Assembly (NCBI GenBank): GCA_951406725.2
Contig: OX597830.1
Coordinates: forward strand, 63,426,001-63,490,000
Direction of reading: 5' to 3'
DNA: 64,000 nucleotides
From: Octopus vulgaris
Taxonomy: Eukaryota
This document shows, piece after piece, positions 36,233 through 48,222 of the stretch. The number at the start of each line of letters is the position of its first letter. The stretch's first letter is position 1. Under the pieces are notes generated by a model that was given only the letters and a program-made list of their open reading frames with translations, was not told the origin of the DNA and made no database searches. A program made the position numbers and the translations under genes.

Positions 36233-37884
36233 TGAGGTGATATCAAAAAGTTCATGGACAAGTTAAATTTAATAAAAAATAACTTATTTACCCAAGTTTT
36301 TCCAGCATCTGCTTCGAAATACACTGGCCCCAGCATCTGCACAGCAATACACTGGCCCCAGCATCTGCACAGCAATACACTGGTCCCAGCATTCCTGCAC
36401 AGCAATACACTGGCCCCAGCATCTGCACAGCAATACACTGGCCCCAGCATCTGCACAGCAATACACTGGCCCCAGCATCTGCACAGCAATACACTGGCCC
36501 CAGCATCTGCACAGCAATACACTGGCCCCAGCATCTGCACAGCAATACACTGGCCCCAGCATCTGCACAGCAATACACTGGCCCCAGCATCTGCACAGCA
36601 ATACACTGGCCCCAGCATCTGCACAGCAATACACTGGCCCCAGCATCTGCACAGCAATACACTGGCCCCAGCATCTGCACAGCAATACACTGGTCCCAGC
36701 ATCTGCACAGCAATACACTGGCCCCAGCATCTGCACAGCAATACACTGGCCCCAGCATCTGCACAGCAATACACTGGCCCCAGCATCTGCACAGCAATAC
36801 ACTGGCCCCAGCATCTGCACAGCAATACACTGGCCCCAGCATCTGCACAGCAATACACTGGCCCCAGCATCTGCACAGCAATACACTGGCCCCAGCATCT
36901 GCACAGCAATACACTGGCCCCAGCATCTGCACAGCAATACACTGGCCCCAGCATCTGCACAGCAATACACTGGCCCCAGCATCTGCACAGCAATACACTG
37001 GTCCCAGCATCTGCACAGCAATACACTGGCCCCAGCATCTGCACAGCAATACACTGGCCCCAGCATCTGCACAGCAATACACTGGCCCCAGCATCTGCAC
37101 AGCAATACACTGGTCCCAGCATTCCTGCCACATTTGGAATCCAGCCTGGAAGTTGTTTTCTGTAAGCAAGTTGAGGACCTTCTGAAATTGGCTCTGAATC
37201 TCAGCAACGGTGTTAAAACAGTGACTTTTGAGCTGTATTTTCACCTTGGTGAATAGATGGAAGTCTGCAGGTGCTAAATCTGGTGAATAGGGCAGGTGTG
37301 GAAATGTTACCATGTTGTTCTCAGCAAGAAACTCATGTGTGGAGAGAGCTCGATGACAGAATGCATTGATTTTGTGTAGAATCCAGACGTTAGGATTGCC
37401 TGCATGGACCTATATGACAGACCAAGCCATCAGCATTGTTGTTCATTGTTCTCTGACGATCTTCATGCACAAACTGATGAATTGTCTCCACATTTCTTGG
37501 TGTGATGCTTGTGGTAGGTTTTCCAGGTTGCTCCATTGTCTCCCAGTGACATTCTTGTGCTTTTGAAGTGCTTGAGACATTGCATATTACCCTTGTTGCA
37601 GTTAGCTTGCTGAAGCCTGCTTAATGTCTCTGCAGTAGACTTCCAAAGTTCGATACAAAATTTCAATTTGGCTCTTCGTTCCTGTCCATGATGAGAATCA
37701 CAGACTACAGCATACACGTGATCACAAAAACACAAATTTCACAGCTTACAAAGTAAACACAACAATGTCACTTAGCACACTGCCTCATGAAGGTCACTGC
37801 TAGCTCTCACTAAGCATGGGGCAGTGTGCTGCCATCTGTTGGCTCACTACAGAACTAGTCCAGGAACTTTTTGATACCACCTTG
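36233..37884 (-). mobile_element. Defective mariner transposon with both TIRs, TA target sites and an internal minisatellite
   Basis: TIRs are TGAGGTGATATCAAAAAGTTCATGGACAAGT (36233) and the reverse complement of the right end, CAAGGTGGTATCAAAAAGTTCCTGGACTAGT (26/31 match). Both are flanked by TA. Transposase remnants: LKFCIELWKSTAETLSRLQQA (N-terminal HTH) and HLPYSPDLAPADFHLF (mariner YSPDLAP motif). Confidence 0.92.
36302..37123. repeat. 28-bp minisatellite, ~29 copies (TGGCCCCAGCATCTGCACAGCAATACAC)
   Basis: Near-perfect tandem units with no spacers. Variant TGGTCCC units start at 36381, 36691, 36999 and 37111. Confidence 0.97.
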
Positions 37885-39525
37885 TACACCTGATGGTCAG
37901 CTGTAGTCAAGGCTGTCAGTAGACATAGTAATGTTTCTGCCTGTGGCCCAGAAGTCCAGCTTGCAAATTTGATAAGTGATCCCCGGGAGAGCAAGCATGT
38001 CGGATAGCTTGGATTCTGTAGCTGTAGTCGTCCTTTGCTGTTGCAGGGTAGGAATTCATGTTCAGAGTTTCAGTGAGAATACATGTTCACATGTGGTTTC
38101 CGGTCGCATGCATACACTCTTTGGTACAGTGTGATCTGTAGCAGCTCACCTTGTCATCAGTTGTTGACTGCTGACCAAGTCACTAGTTTGCACTGCATTT
38201 GTCAAGGACAAGGGTCTAATTGGTAAGTGATGGAATTGTGGTGCCAGTCTTACGTCATTTCCTGTTTTCTCAATGCCAGTTGCTCTCAGAACTTTGAACT
38301 GAGTTTCTTTGTATCTATAAGTGCAGGCATGGCTGTGTAGTTAAGAAACTCACTTTGCAACCATATGGTTTTTGGTGGTCAGTTCCACTGTGTGACACCT
38401 TGGGCAAGTGTCTTCTCTGACAGCCCCTGGGACGACTAATGTCTTGCCAATGAATTTGGTAGAAGGAAACTGTGGAATTCTATTGTGTGTGTGTGTGTCT
38501 GTGCACATGGGCATTTGTTCCAATTACCACTACTTGACAAATGTCGGCTTGTTTATGTCCCTGTAACTTAGTGGTTCAGCAAAAGCGACTGATAGAAGAA
38601 ATACTAGACTTACAAATTATGTAATGGTGGTGGTGGTGGTTCAATCTTTTTAACTAAAAAGACTCTTTCAAAGTGGTGCCCCAGTATGACCGTAGTCCAA
38701 TGACTGAAACAAGATAGAATATAAAAAAAAAATCTCTCCACAAACATGGATGTTTCTGTACTTTAAAACCACAAAACACTACCTTTATTTTAACTGAAGT
38801 CATCAAAAAAAAAAAAACCCATTTTATCCATATCTACTTTAGAAGTTTCAGATTTCTTTTAAGCAGCACTTCACTCACACTCAGGTTGGGAAATAGGAGG
38901 AAACAGATCACAGAATCATAATGAGAAGCCACTTGTGCTTCATTTCATGCATTGGCTGTCCTCACCTAATTTGCGTATAGTCGTCTTGCACATGTCATCA
39001 ACTTCTCTCACAAGCCTTTCTTCCACGCCTAGCTTTCTCATAGTCCAAATCTTCAGAATGCAGGACTATCTCAGGTACCTTCTTTACATCAACAAAGCTA
39101 CAAGTTAGTTGATCTTTGTCAAAATTTTACTGCTGTCTTATCATATCATTGCCATCACTTTAATGTCCACTTTTTTATGTGTCTGTGGGTCAGACAGAAT
39201 TCATTTTGGCAGGTTTTCTGCAAACAGATGTCTTCCAACATGCAAATGTCTCCAAGAAAAGTAAGATTTTTTTCATGGCAGATTAAAATTAAGGTTACCT
39301 CATGGTGATGAAACATTAATCCCTACACATTTTCTCTCTCTCCGTTCTTAGAACTTATATAGAACTATATTTACATGATGACATGGTACTGAAATAGACC
39401 GAATAATGGAAAGGAACTAATAAGGGGCTTATGATCTGCGCAGAAATAGAGGAGTAGATGACGGGGTTGAAAAGACAAAACTTCTTATCTGAGTATCTTC
39501 TGGGATTCGTATTTTCAGCCAAGAC

Positions 39526-39538
39526 ATATGTATGTATG

Positions 39539-39599
<61 letters not shown>

Positions 39600-39624
39600 A
39601 TATATATGTATATATATATGTATG

Positions 39625-39657
<33 letters not shown>

Positions 39658-39738
39658 GTATGTATATATATATATATATGTATGTATGTATGTATATATA
39701 TATATGTATATATATGTATATATATGTATGTATGTGTG

Positions 39739-39769
<31 letters not shown>

Positions 39770-39840
39770 ATGTAGGTATGTATATGTATGTATATATATA
39801 TATGTATTTATGTATATATGTATGTATGTATATGTATGTG

Positions 39841-39871
<31 letters not shown>

Positions 39872-40058
39872 TGTATGTATATATATGTGTGTGTATGCAT
39901 ATATATGTATGTATATATATGTGTGTGTATGCATATATATGTATGTATATATATGTGTGTGTATGCATATATATATATGTATGTATATATATGTGTATAT
40001 ATATATGTATATATGTGTGTGTATATATATATATATATGAATTTGTGTGTGTATGTAT
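39526..40058. repeat. Long compound (TA)n/(TATG)n/(TG)n tract
   Basis: Seen directly. Confidence 0.97.
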
Positions 40059-40452
40059 AATGTCTAAATGTAATACATGCTTGTTTGTACTTGTATGGAT
40101 AAACAAACACACATGCATGTATGTATATAGTTGATTGTATGCCAGTTACTTTTAAGAAGTGCTTTAAGTAGAAATATATTTGTTCTCTATAATTCCATCT
40201 TCTCTCCATATCCCTTTCTTTTGCTCACACCCATATACACTCATTCATAAGCATGCATACATACAGATTTATTCATATTTAATGATATTTTTTAATCTTA
40301 TTTATTCGGTTTTACATTTTCTTTTGACATTAGAAAGGAAACTGGTAGACTTATGAAGTGGCTAGTTATTATTACAGCCAATCAGATAAAAGCTCAATCA
40401 AAATGAACCAATCAGCAAGGAGTTAATAAAAACCTTGTCATTTGAATCTTAC

Positions 40453-40595
40453 TTCCTAAATTGTGTTGACAGCTAGCATGGGCCGAGGGAGCTCTTTGCA
40501 ACAAACAGGATAGTCTGGCCTCATTAGCAACTAAAACAGTCACCAGAACTACAAAGTATAATAATGCAAAAATAACATATGACGATGAAGTAAAA
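40453..40595 (-). CDS. Candidate 143-nt internal exon of an unidentified host gene (hydrophobic segment)
   Basis: T-rich tract, TACTAAT branch-like motif, CTGCAG acceptor and GAA|GTAAGA donor. Only one frame is open: FTSSSYVIFALLYFVVLVTVLVANEARLSCLLQRAPSAHASCQHNLG. Confidence 0.35.
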
Positions 40596-40943
40596 CTGCA
40601 GTGAAGTAAATTAGTATTAGTAAAAACAAAACAAAAAATAAAATTAAAATTAATGAACAAATTTAAAAAAAAAAGATGGAAGGGGAAAAACACCAGAATG
40701 CTTTTGAAAATTCAAATTACTGCTATATAAATATCTTGGTATAATTAAGGATGGTGCTCCAGCATGATCGCAATCAAATGACTGAAACATGTAAAAGAAT
40801 AAAAGAATATATAGCCTCACACAAATATATATATAAAAATATATGTACACATATATATATACTAGCAGTAATACCCAATGTTGATCGGGTAATTACTTTT
40901 ACTCTTTCTCGGGAGCCACATTCAAAGTGTTATAATATATATA

Positions 40944-41342
40944 CTAGCAGTATCGCCCGGTGTTGCTCGGGTTTGTAAGAAATAACTATATAAGCATTTT
41001 TAGAGAGTTATAGCCAAAAAATAGCAAAAAAATGCATTAAAAATGGGGAAAAATTATGGTAATTTTTTTTTTAAATCGTTGACTCATCGTAGACATTTTT
41101 AGAGAGTTACTTCCCTTATATAATAGCGAAAAAATGCATTCAAATGGAAAAAAATGATAGTAAATTTTTTTTTAAATCGTAGACTCATCGTAGACGTGCG
41201 CTAATACCCAGAAGGGCTCGATATGAATCACGACTATAAGATACCCGGTTTTGGTTAAACTGCACCACAAAATGTGGGAGTAGTTAGGAATCTAAATCGT
41301 AGGAGACAGACACTCACACAACTTCACTTTTATATATAAAGA
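40944..41342 (-). mobile_element. Non-autonomous Helitron, same family
   Basis: Reverse-complement homolog of 43576-43959 with the same termini. Another 3'-end remnant lies at 40862-40890. Confidence 0.9.
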
Positions 41343-41763
41343 TATGTAAATTTACTCCTCCTATATGTGTGTATTTATAAGAAAAAAATATGTAATAATT
41401 GAAGTAGAAAAAAGATTAATTTCATGCATGAACTTCTGTTTGTTTATTATATGACAATAATAAGTGAGTTGTATGTATCAATACAGTCATGGCAATTATA
41501 TAATACACAAAGCTTTGGTTGGCATGAAACTGTAATGAAAGAGAATTGCCCAATGTGTCACACAGTGGGACTGAACCCAAGACGACATGGCTGGAAAGCC
41601 AGCTTCTCGATCACACAGTCATGCCTATAAAGGAGAGATACATTTTGGATAATATACTCCTTGATATAATATGCTTTACAAAAAAATGAGATGTTTACGG
41701 TGAGAAGACCTTTGATTTTAATATTTACTCAAGCAACACAACAACTAAAAATGCTACATCATA

Positions 41764-42251
41764 CAGGGTGTTCCAGAATTAAACTCTCTGCTTCAATGAA
41801 ATTGAGCAATTTTTTTAAAAGACTGACAGAATTTTATGTTTATTACCAAAACAAATAGATTTATGAATCTTATGTCAAACTTTTATTGAAAATGTTCAAC
41901 ATGTTTGTATCCCTGCATACTTCAAATCTCTCCTTAGCATTGTGAAACACATTTTGAAGCATTTAAGGAGTTCGCTCCTTCACTGCTGACTGAATGTGTT
42001 CTTTAAGCTCAGCTAAATGATTGCTCCATCTTGGGAATGGAGGTTAAGAAAATGGTTGCTGCCAAATTGAAAAAAAAGTTGTCATTGGATAAATAATGTT
42101 AGAGGGGTCTAACAGGAATGAAAATATAATTATAACAAAATTCAAAATTTATACACTTTTAATTCATATTAAACACGATAAAGAAATAAAAGTGAATTTT
42201 TAAAAATGCCTTTGATTTCACTCAAGTCATCATTAATTCTGGGCCACCCTG
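41764..42251 (-). mobile_element. Internally deleted Tc1/mariner element
   Basis: TA|CAGGGTGTTCCAGAATTAA...TTAATTCTGGGCCACCCTG|TA, with minus-strand remnant LAELKEHIQSAV...MLQNVFHNAKERFEVC. Confidence 0.82.
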
Positions 42252-43299
42252 TATTTGCTCGTCTGACTAAATGGGGGAGGAAACGAGGGGAGGACTAATT
42301 GCAGGTGATGAGTGTAGCTTCAGGAAGGGGTCATGTGGTGAAACTCAAATGTCTGTGAGTCACAACAGTGGTTTGTTTTTTGTATGAACATTTTGCATTA
42401 TATAGTTCAGACATGGATGACATAGAAAGCAGACATGCTGCCAGGCCATGCTGTGTTGCGCAGGATTGGAAACAAGGAACATCAACAGGGCACTTCTGGA
42501 GAATAGACTAATGGGTTTGTTATGCCTTTACCCAGGTGCACACACACACGGCCCTGTGGTGCACGAGATGGTAACATGAAGCATCAACAGGGCGCCAACA
42601 AAGATTTTAATGTTCTTCTCATTTCCTCTGCCAAACTGGACCAAAAGGTTTTCATGAAATATTATATGCTACTTATAATGCTTAAGTAGTGTCAATATTT
42701 TATCATCAGAAAATGGCCTAAAACAAAGATAAAACCCAGTCAGTGTACTCAAATCTGATTAATCTGCATTTTGGGGTCCCATAGTCGGCGTCAGAAATTT
42801 TTTTAGTCAACAGCAATTCGAGGAGCCTGATTAAAGTTTGTTGCAGATTAGGAGGAAAGCGACTGGATACTCTTCATGTTACAGGCCTCAATACTCCAAA
42901 AATGCTTAAAAAATGCAGTTTATCTGCCCCTGGGTCCGCATTAGGCAAAAAATTGAAAATTTTTTGGCCCATGACACTCCATGGATCCTATGTAATACAT
43001 GTGTAAAATTTCATTAAAATCGGTTGGATGGATCTTGAGTTTTAACAAGATAACAAACACACAGTCAGACACACATCCTGTGTTTTATATATATGGATAC
43101 ATATATATATATATTGGGTCATCCCATAAACAATGCAGTTTTTCAGTTGCATGAACCAAAAGTCAGAAGGGGATGAAATAAATTACCTGCATCAACTTGC
43201 TATAAAACGAGGTAGTAGTTTTACCTTGTCCTTATTCTTAGTGCAAGTTTGCCTCTCAAACCCTCTTTCATGAGGCCGAAGAGATGACAGCCTGAAGAT

Positions 43300-43559
43300 G
43301 CTAAATTATTTCAGTGACGAGGAAGTGAAAACTGTAGTGAAGAAGTGGCTCAAAGAACAGTCAACAGAATTTTAAAGGGCAGGGATACATGCTCTCATTC
43401 GAAGGTGGAACATTGCTATTGAGAGAAACAGTGACTATGTTGAGAAGTAGGGATGTGATCCTCAGAGGACCAGCTTCATTTTTATGTATGATGCATGTTC
43501 CTTTGTTGGTAATTATACTTGTCCTAAACAAAATGGCATTACTTTTTGACTCACCCTCG
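43300..43559 (+). mobile_element. mariner 3' fragment with right TIR
   Basis: SDEEVKTVVKKWLKEQSTEF*RAGIHALIRRWNIAIERNSDYVEK*, ending TTTTTGACTCACCCTCG|TA. Confidence 0.85.
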
Positions 43560-43575
43560 TATGTATATATATATA

Positions 43576-43959
43576 TCTTTATATATAAAAGAGAGGTTGT
43601 GTGCTGTCTGTCCCCTACGATTTAGATTCCTAACTACTCCCACATTTTGCGGTGCAGTTTAACCAAAACCGGGTATCTTATAGTCGTGATTCATATCGAG
43701 CCCTTCTGGGTATTAGCGTGAGTCTACGATTTTAAAAAAATTTACCATCAATTTTCCCATTTTTTAATGCATTTTTGGCATATATAAGGGAAGTAACTCT
43801 CTAAAAAATTATTATTAAATCTCAGAACGTAAAAAGTTACAGTAACCCCCCCCCTTGTGGTTAGCCATATTGAGATGGCTATTATACTTTACATCTCTAA
43901 AAAATGCTTATATAGTTATTTCCCTTACAAACCCGAGCAACGCCGGGCGATACTGCTAG
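43576..43959 (+). mobile_element. Non-autonomous Helitron
   Basis: A|TC 5' end, subterminal hairpin CCCGAGCAACGCCGGG and CTAG|T 3' end. Confidence 0.9.
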
Positions 43960-45077
43960 TATATATATAAACTTTCGTATTGTTATAAATGTGTTTATAA
44001 ATGTAGAGAGAAACAGATATTTATTTCACCCCCCATTTTCTGATTAACAGGATCCAGTAAAATTCAGTTTAATTTATTTATAAGATTCAATAAATTCTCA
44101 AAATTTTCTCAGTAACTATCCTATCAAGTTTCAATGTATTTCACTCTGTGCATGTTATGGCTTTGAGGAAGTCTCCATAAAGACGTTTTCATCATAATTA
44201 TTATTTATTTTACTAGAGTGCTATCCGTTGTATGATGGGCAACTTTGGAAGTATACTTTTGGTGTCATGGGTAATATCAGGAAATATGGTTTACATGCAA
44301 TAATTATAATTTACTAATAAAATTTCTTGATGCTTATGCAAAATGACGAAATGAGTATTAATTTTTGAAATAGGCACAGGCATGGCTGTATGGTAAGAAA
44401 CTTGCTTCCTGGCCACATGGTTCCGGGTTCAGCCCCATCATGTGGCACCTTAGGCAAATGACCTCTACTATAGCCTCAGGCCAACCAAAGCCTTGTGGGT
44501 GGATTCGATAGATAGAAACTGAAAGAAACCCATTGTGTGTGTGTGTGTGTGTCTTTGCATCTATGTTTGTTCCCCATTACCACTTGACAACCGGTGTTAT
44601 GTTCATGTCCCTGTAACTTAGTGGTTTGGCATGACTACATTGTCATTTACTCCCTCTTCTAGGAATCTTTCTTTCTCACTGAGTATGTTTATGTGTAGCA
44701 TTCTTTTACCCATTGCCTGCCACCAAGCCTAGTATGTACACTCATTCTGCACGTCTTGTGTTAACTTTCACTGTAATTCTCTTTTATTTTCTCCCTTTCT
44801 ATATATGATATAAAGTATGACTGAAGAAATCAACCAGCCAATCAAGGAACCAACGTTTACATCAGCTGTTCTATAGAGATAATAATAGTACTTATAATAA
44901 CAAGAGCACTCAGAGAGCACAAACCTCTGCCAAGGCAACACCAACATCCTCTCAAAGATTAGCCAGATGATTTTTAAAATGAGAATATCTGAAATAAACT
45001 CAAATGCTCTCACAAACGAGAATGCTAAAAATGAACCCGACCATTCTCAAAAATTGAGTAAAAAACCCAGAAAAATA

Positions 45078-45661
45078 ACATTAGCATGCCAGGTGAAATG
45101 CTTAGCGGTACTTCATCTGCTGCTACGTTCTGAGTTCAAATTCCGCCAAGGTCGACTTTGCCTTTCATCCTTTCGGGGTTGATAAATTAAGTACCAGTTA
45201 CGCACTGGGGTTGATGTAATGGACTTAATCTGTTTGTCCTTGTTTAGCCCCTTGTGGATAGTAAAGAAATAGGTATTTCATCTGCCACTATGTTCTGAGT
45301 TCAAATTCCGCCGAGGTTGACTTTGCCTTTCATCCATTTGGGGTCGATTAAATAAGTACCAGTTACGCACTGGGGTTGATATAATCGACTTAATCTGTTT
45401 GTCTGTCCTTGTTTGTCCCTTCTATGTTTAGCCCCCAGTGGGCAATAAAGAAATAAGAAACATTAGCATGCCAGGCGAAATGCTTCACAGTATTTTGTCT
45501 GCTGCTATGTTCTGAGTTCAAATTCCGCCGAGGTCTACTTTTCCTTTCATCCTTTCAGGGTCAATTAAATAAGTACCCATTACGCACTGGGGTCGATATA
45601 ATCGACTTAATCTGCTTGTCCCTTTTATGTTTAGCCCCCTGTGGGCAATAAATAAATAAGA
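45078..45661 (+). mobile_element. Tandem array of three SINE family B units
   Basis: Three consecutive B-box, central-domain and tail blocks. Confidence 0.85.
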
Positions 45662-46426
45662 AGGTGAGCACAAGCAGGCGGTGTTCAGTCTGTATCGTGA
45701 ATAGTAGACAAAGAGCTAAAGGTTTGATGTCACTACCATACCAAGTTTTAGAAAATTAACTTTGTGCTTACAAAAACGATCAGAATAGTTCCTGGTCAAG
45801 AAAAATTTTCAATTGTGGTTATTGGGTTGAATTTCATAAAATGAGATCTAAATGTAAATGGTTGCTGGTTCAGACGGATGTAACAAGCAAGACTCGGGTT
45901 TCAGTAATTAGGTCAAACTAAGAAAAGTTTGAGTTGGTTGTTATATCAATCGCTGCTGGAAGAGAGGATTGCCCAAAGAAAATTTTGAATAAGATGGTTA
46001 GAGAAGGCAGTCAATAGAAAGGCAGACACTCATAGAAAATTAAAACAAGGTTTTTGACCGGAAGGGCATTTAGTAGTTGTAAAGTGTTCACATCAAGAAT
46101 TCAAAGTGGATAGCAATTTGTACTGTTAGCTAAACAACTGTTAAAAAGTCATATTCAAAAAATTTCAGAAGATAAGTTGGATTAAAATATAATGTTTTAA
46201 AGTATATTTAGTTGTTGTTGCTTCAGTGACTGGAACAAATTTTTGCAATTACTCAGTTATTTATTTATTTATTTTTGTGGAAGAATTTATCACTTGAGGC
46301 AGAGAATATTTCATTAAAAAAAAAGTAATTATTTTGTTACACACTTTCAAATAGATAAAAATTTATTTTTTACCCTTTGTAAAGTGTACCGCCCTAGTGA
46401 AGTTTCATATTAAAGGAATGACAGAA

Positions 46427-46459
<33 letters not shown>

Positions 46460-46831
46460 GGGTGGAGTGGGAGATGAAGGGTTGGAAGAAAGAGTAGTAG
46501 TAGTAGTAGCTGTAACTTCTGTTTTATATTCATTACAGATTTTTTCCCTCTGTGTGTTATTTCAGATATTCCTATGTGGCTTACATACCTATAAGATGGT
46601 GCTTCATACTTACAACAGACACAAACTAATGTTTCTACATAACAGGACTCAGTTGTTACCAGCTTTGGCAGTGTGAACCTTGGCAAATCAGTTCTTCCCG
46701 GGATCAACATTACTCCATTCGTTTTTTAGCCCAGGTAAAGATATTTACTATTGTTTCTGTATTTATGTAATTTTTCAGGAGAGGTGTTTTTTTTCTTCTT
46801 TTTATTTGGTCAGGAGAAAAAGGGCTGTGCT

Positions 46832-47045
46832 CATGACTTTTTCAGGGTCTCTGATGTGGTTGGAGAGGAGGCAGCACCTATGATCCTTGCAGGATCTCTG
46901 ATGTGGGGATAGTAGGCAGCACCTGTGACTTTTGTTGGGTAGAGGAATCAGTATCCAATGATCTTTGTAGGGTTGCTGAAGTGGGGAAGAAGAGATAGTA
47001 CCTATGACTTTTGCAGGGTCTCTGATGTGTGGGAGAGAAGGCAGG
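46832..47045. repeat. Degenerate ~45-bp tandem repeat (ATGACTTTTGCAGGGTCTCTGATGTGG...GGCAGCACCT)
   Basis: About five diverged units. Confidence 0.7.
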
Positions 47046-47596
47046 ATCACTGAGGTCAGGGACAGGAGAGTAGCACTCGTGATTCTTTTAAGGGCTTCCG
47101 AGACGAGTGGAAATTTAAAAGTTATCCCCAGACCAAGGATCTGGTTCCACTGCTTGCAACATTGTGTACCTGCTAAAGGCACATAAAACTCAGTTGGTGG
47201 CCTTTAACATGACAATCAGTTAAGTTTATAACATGTTCTACTCTCTATACATTTCTGTATACATGGGGTTTATCTAATTGCTTTTGCGGTCTGTGTTGTA
47301 TGAGTAAATAAATATATGAAGTTTTATTTCTCTCTCTGTAATTAGTCTCATTGTGAAATTAGGACTGGTGAGGATGGGGTAAGGCTGCTGTTTGACAGCT
47401 TGGGATTAGAACCGAACTGATAAAGTTTTTGCTATCTTTATAGCTTGTTAGGGTTCACTCATCTTTCCCTACCAAGATGTTGCAAGAATTGGTCATGCTC
47501 CAAGTGATTAGTCTTGCTGTTAAATTAAGACCAGTGTGTGTGTGTGTGTTGTTTGGCAGAGTAGAATCAGACTGACACACTTTGGTATCTTTACAG

Positions 47597-47639
<43 letters not shown>

Positions 47640-47733
47640 GGGGAAGAATTCACAAAAAAACCCAACAAAAGACGAGGATAGGTGGTATAGACAACAAACG
47701 GATGTATTAGTATAACTCTTGGGAAGTGAAAAA

Positions 47734-47772
47734 GTCTTTAACGTTTCGAGCCTACGCTCTTCCACAGAAAGG
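47734..47772 (-). ncRNA. Variant hammerhead-like motif in a Penelope-like terminal repeat fragment (~47640-47810)
   Basis: CTTT-CTGTGGA-A-GAGC-GTAG-GCTC-GAAA-CGTT-AAAG, with one core mismatch relative to CTGANGA. Confidence 0.5.
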
Positions 47773-48189
47773 AACACAGAAAGAAACAAGGAGAGAAAAT
47801 AAAGAATGTAATATATATATACATATTTGTTATTATTAGTATTAATTCAGAATAGTATTTTACATATGTGTGTTTGTATTTGTGTGTTGAGAGCATATGG
47901 TTGCACTCACAAGTACAAGATCGTGGTTTCAATTCCTAGACCAGGTGGGTGGATTGTATTCTTTAGCAAAATACTTCACCTCACATTGCTCTGTGATCAC
48001 TTCAACACCTGACACATGGTACATTGTGCACCTGTTTTGGCGAGGTGCACAATTCGATAGAGGGACCAAGCTGATGTACAGCACAAACATTTGATCACTA
48101 TAAGCAAATCATTTGTGCAGGTTGCTTTGTAAGAGATTGTAGAACTGTCTTTCTCAGACTACAAAAGACTACCATATTCAGGTAGGTAG

Positions 48190-48222
<33 letters not shown>

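Larger units (their letters stand above)
36050..38280 (-). pseudogene. Highly decayed LINE RT remnant split by the mariner insertion (flanks 36050-36230 and 37887-38280)
   Basis: Minus-strand remnants RPLSLTN, LQAG and DTRAFDYV occur in the order of the RT motifs RPISL, Q.GF and D..KAFD.V. Confidence 0.5.

Noticed and set aside
36217-37313. Four overlapping 300+ aa ORFs as a Cys-rich gene, or the array as a CRISPR
   Set aside because: The ORFs exist only because the 28-bp unit lacks stop codons. There are no unique spacers or cas genes, and the array lies inside a mariner relic.
39429-40209. YI/CV/HT-rich ORFs (also 4431-5042 and 8894-9550)
   Set aside because: Microsatellite translations.
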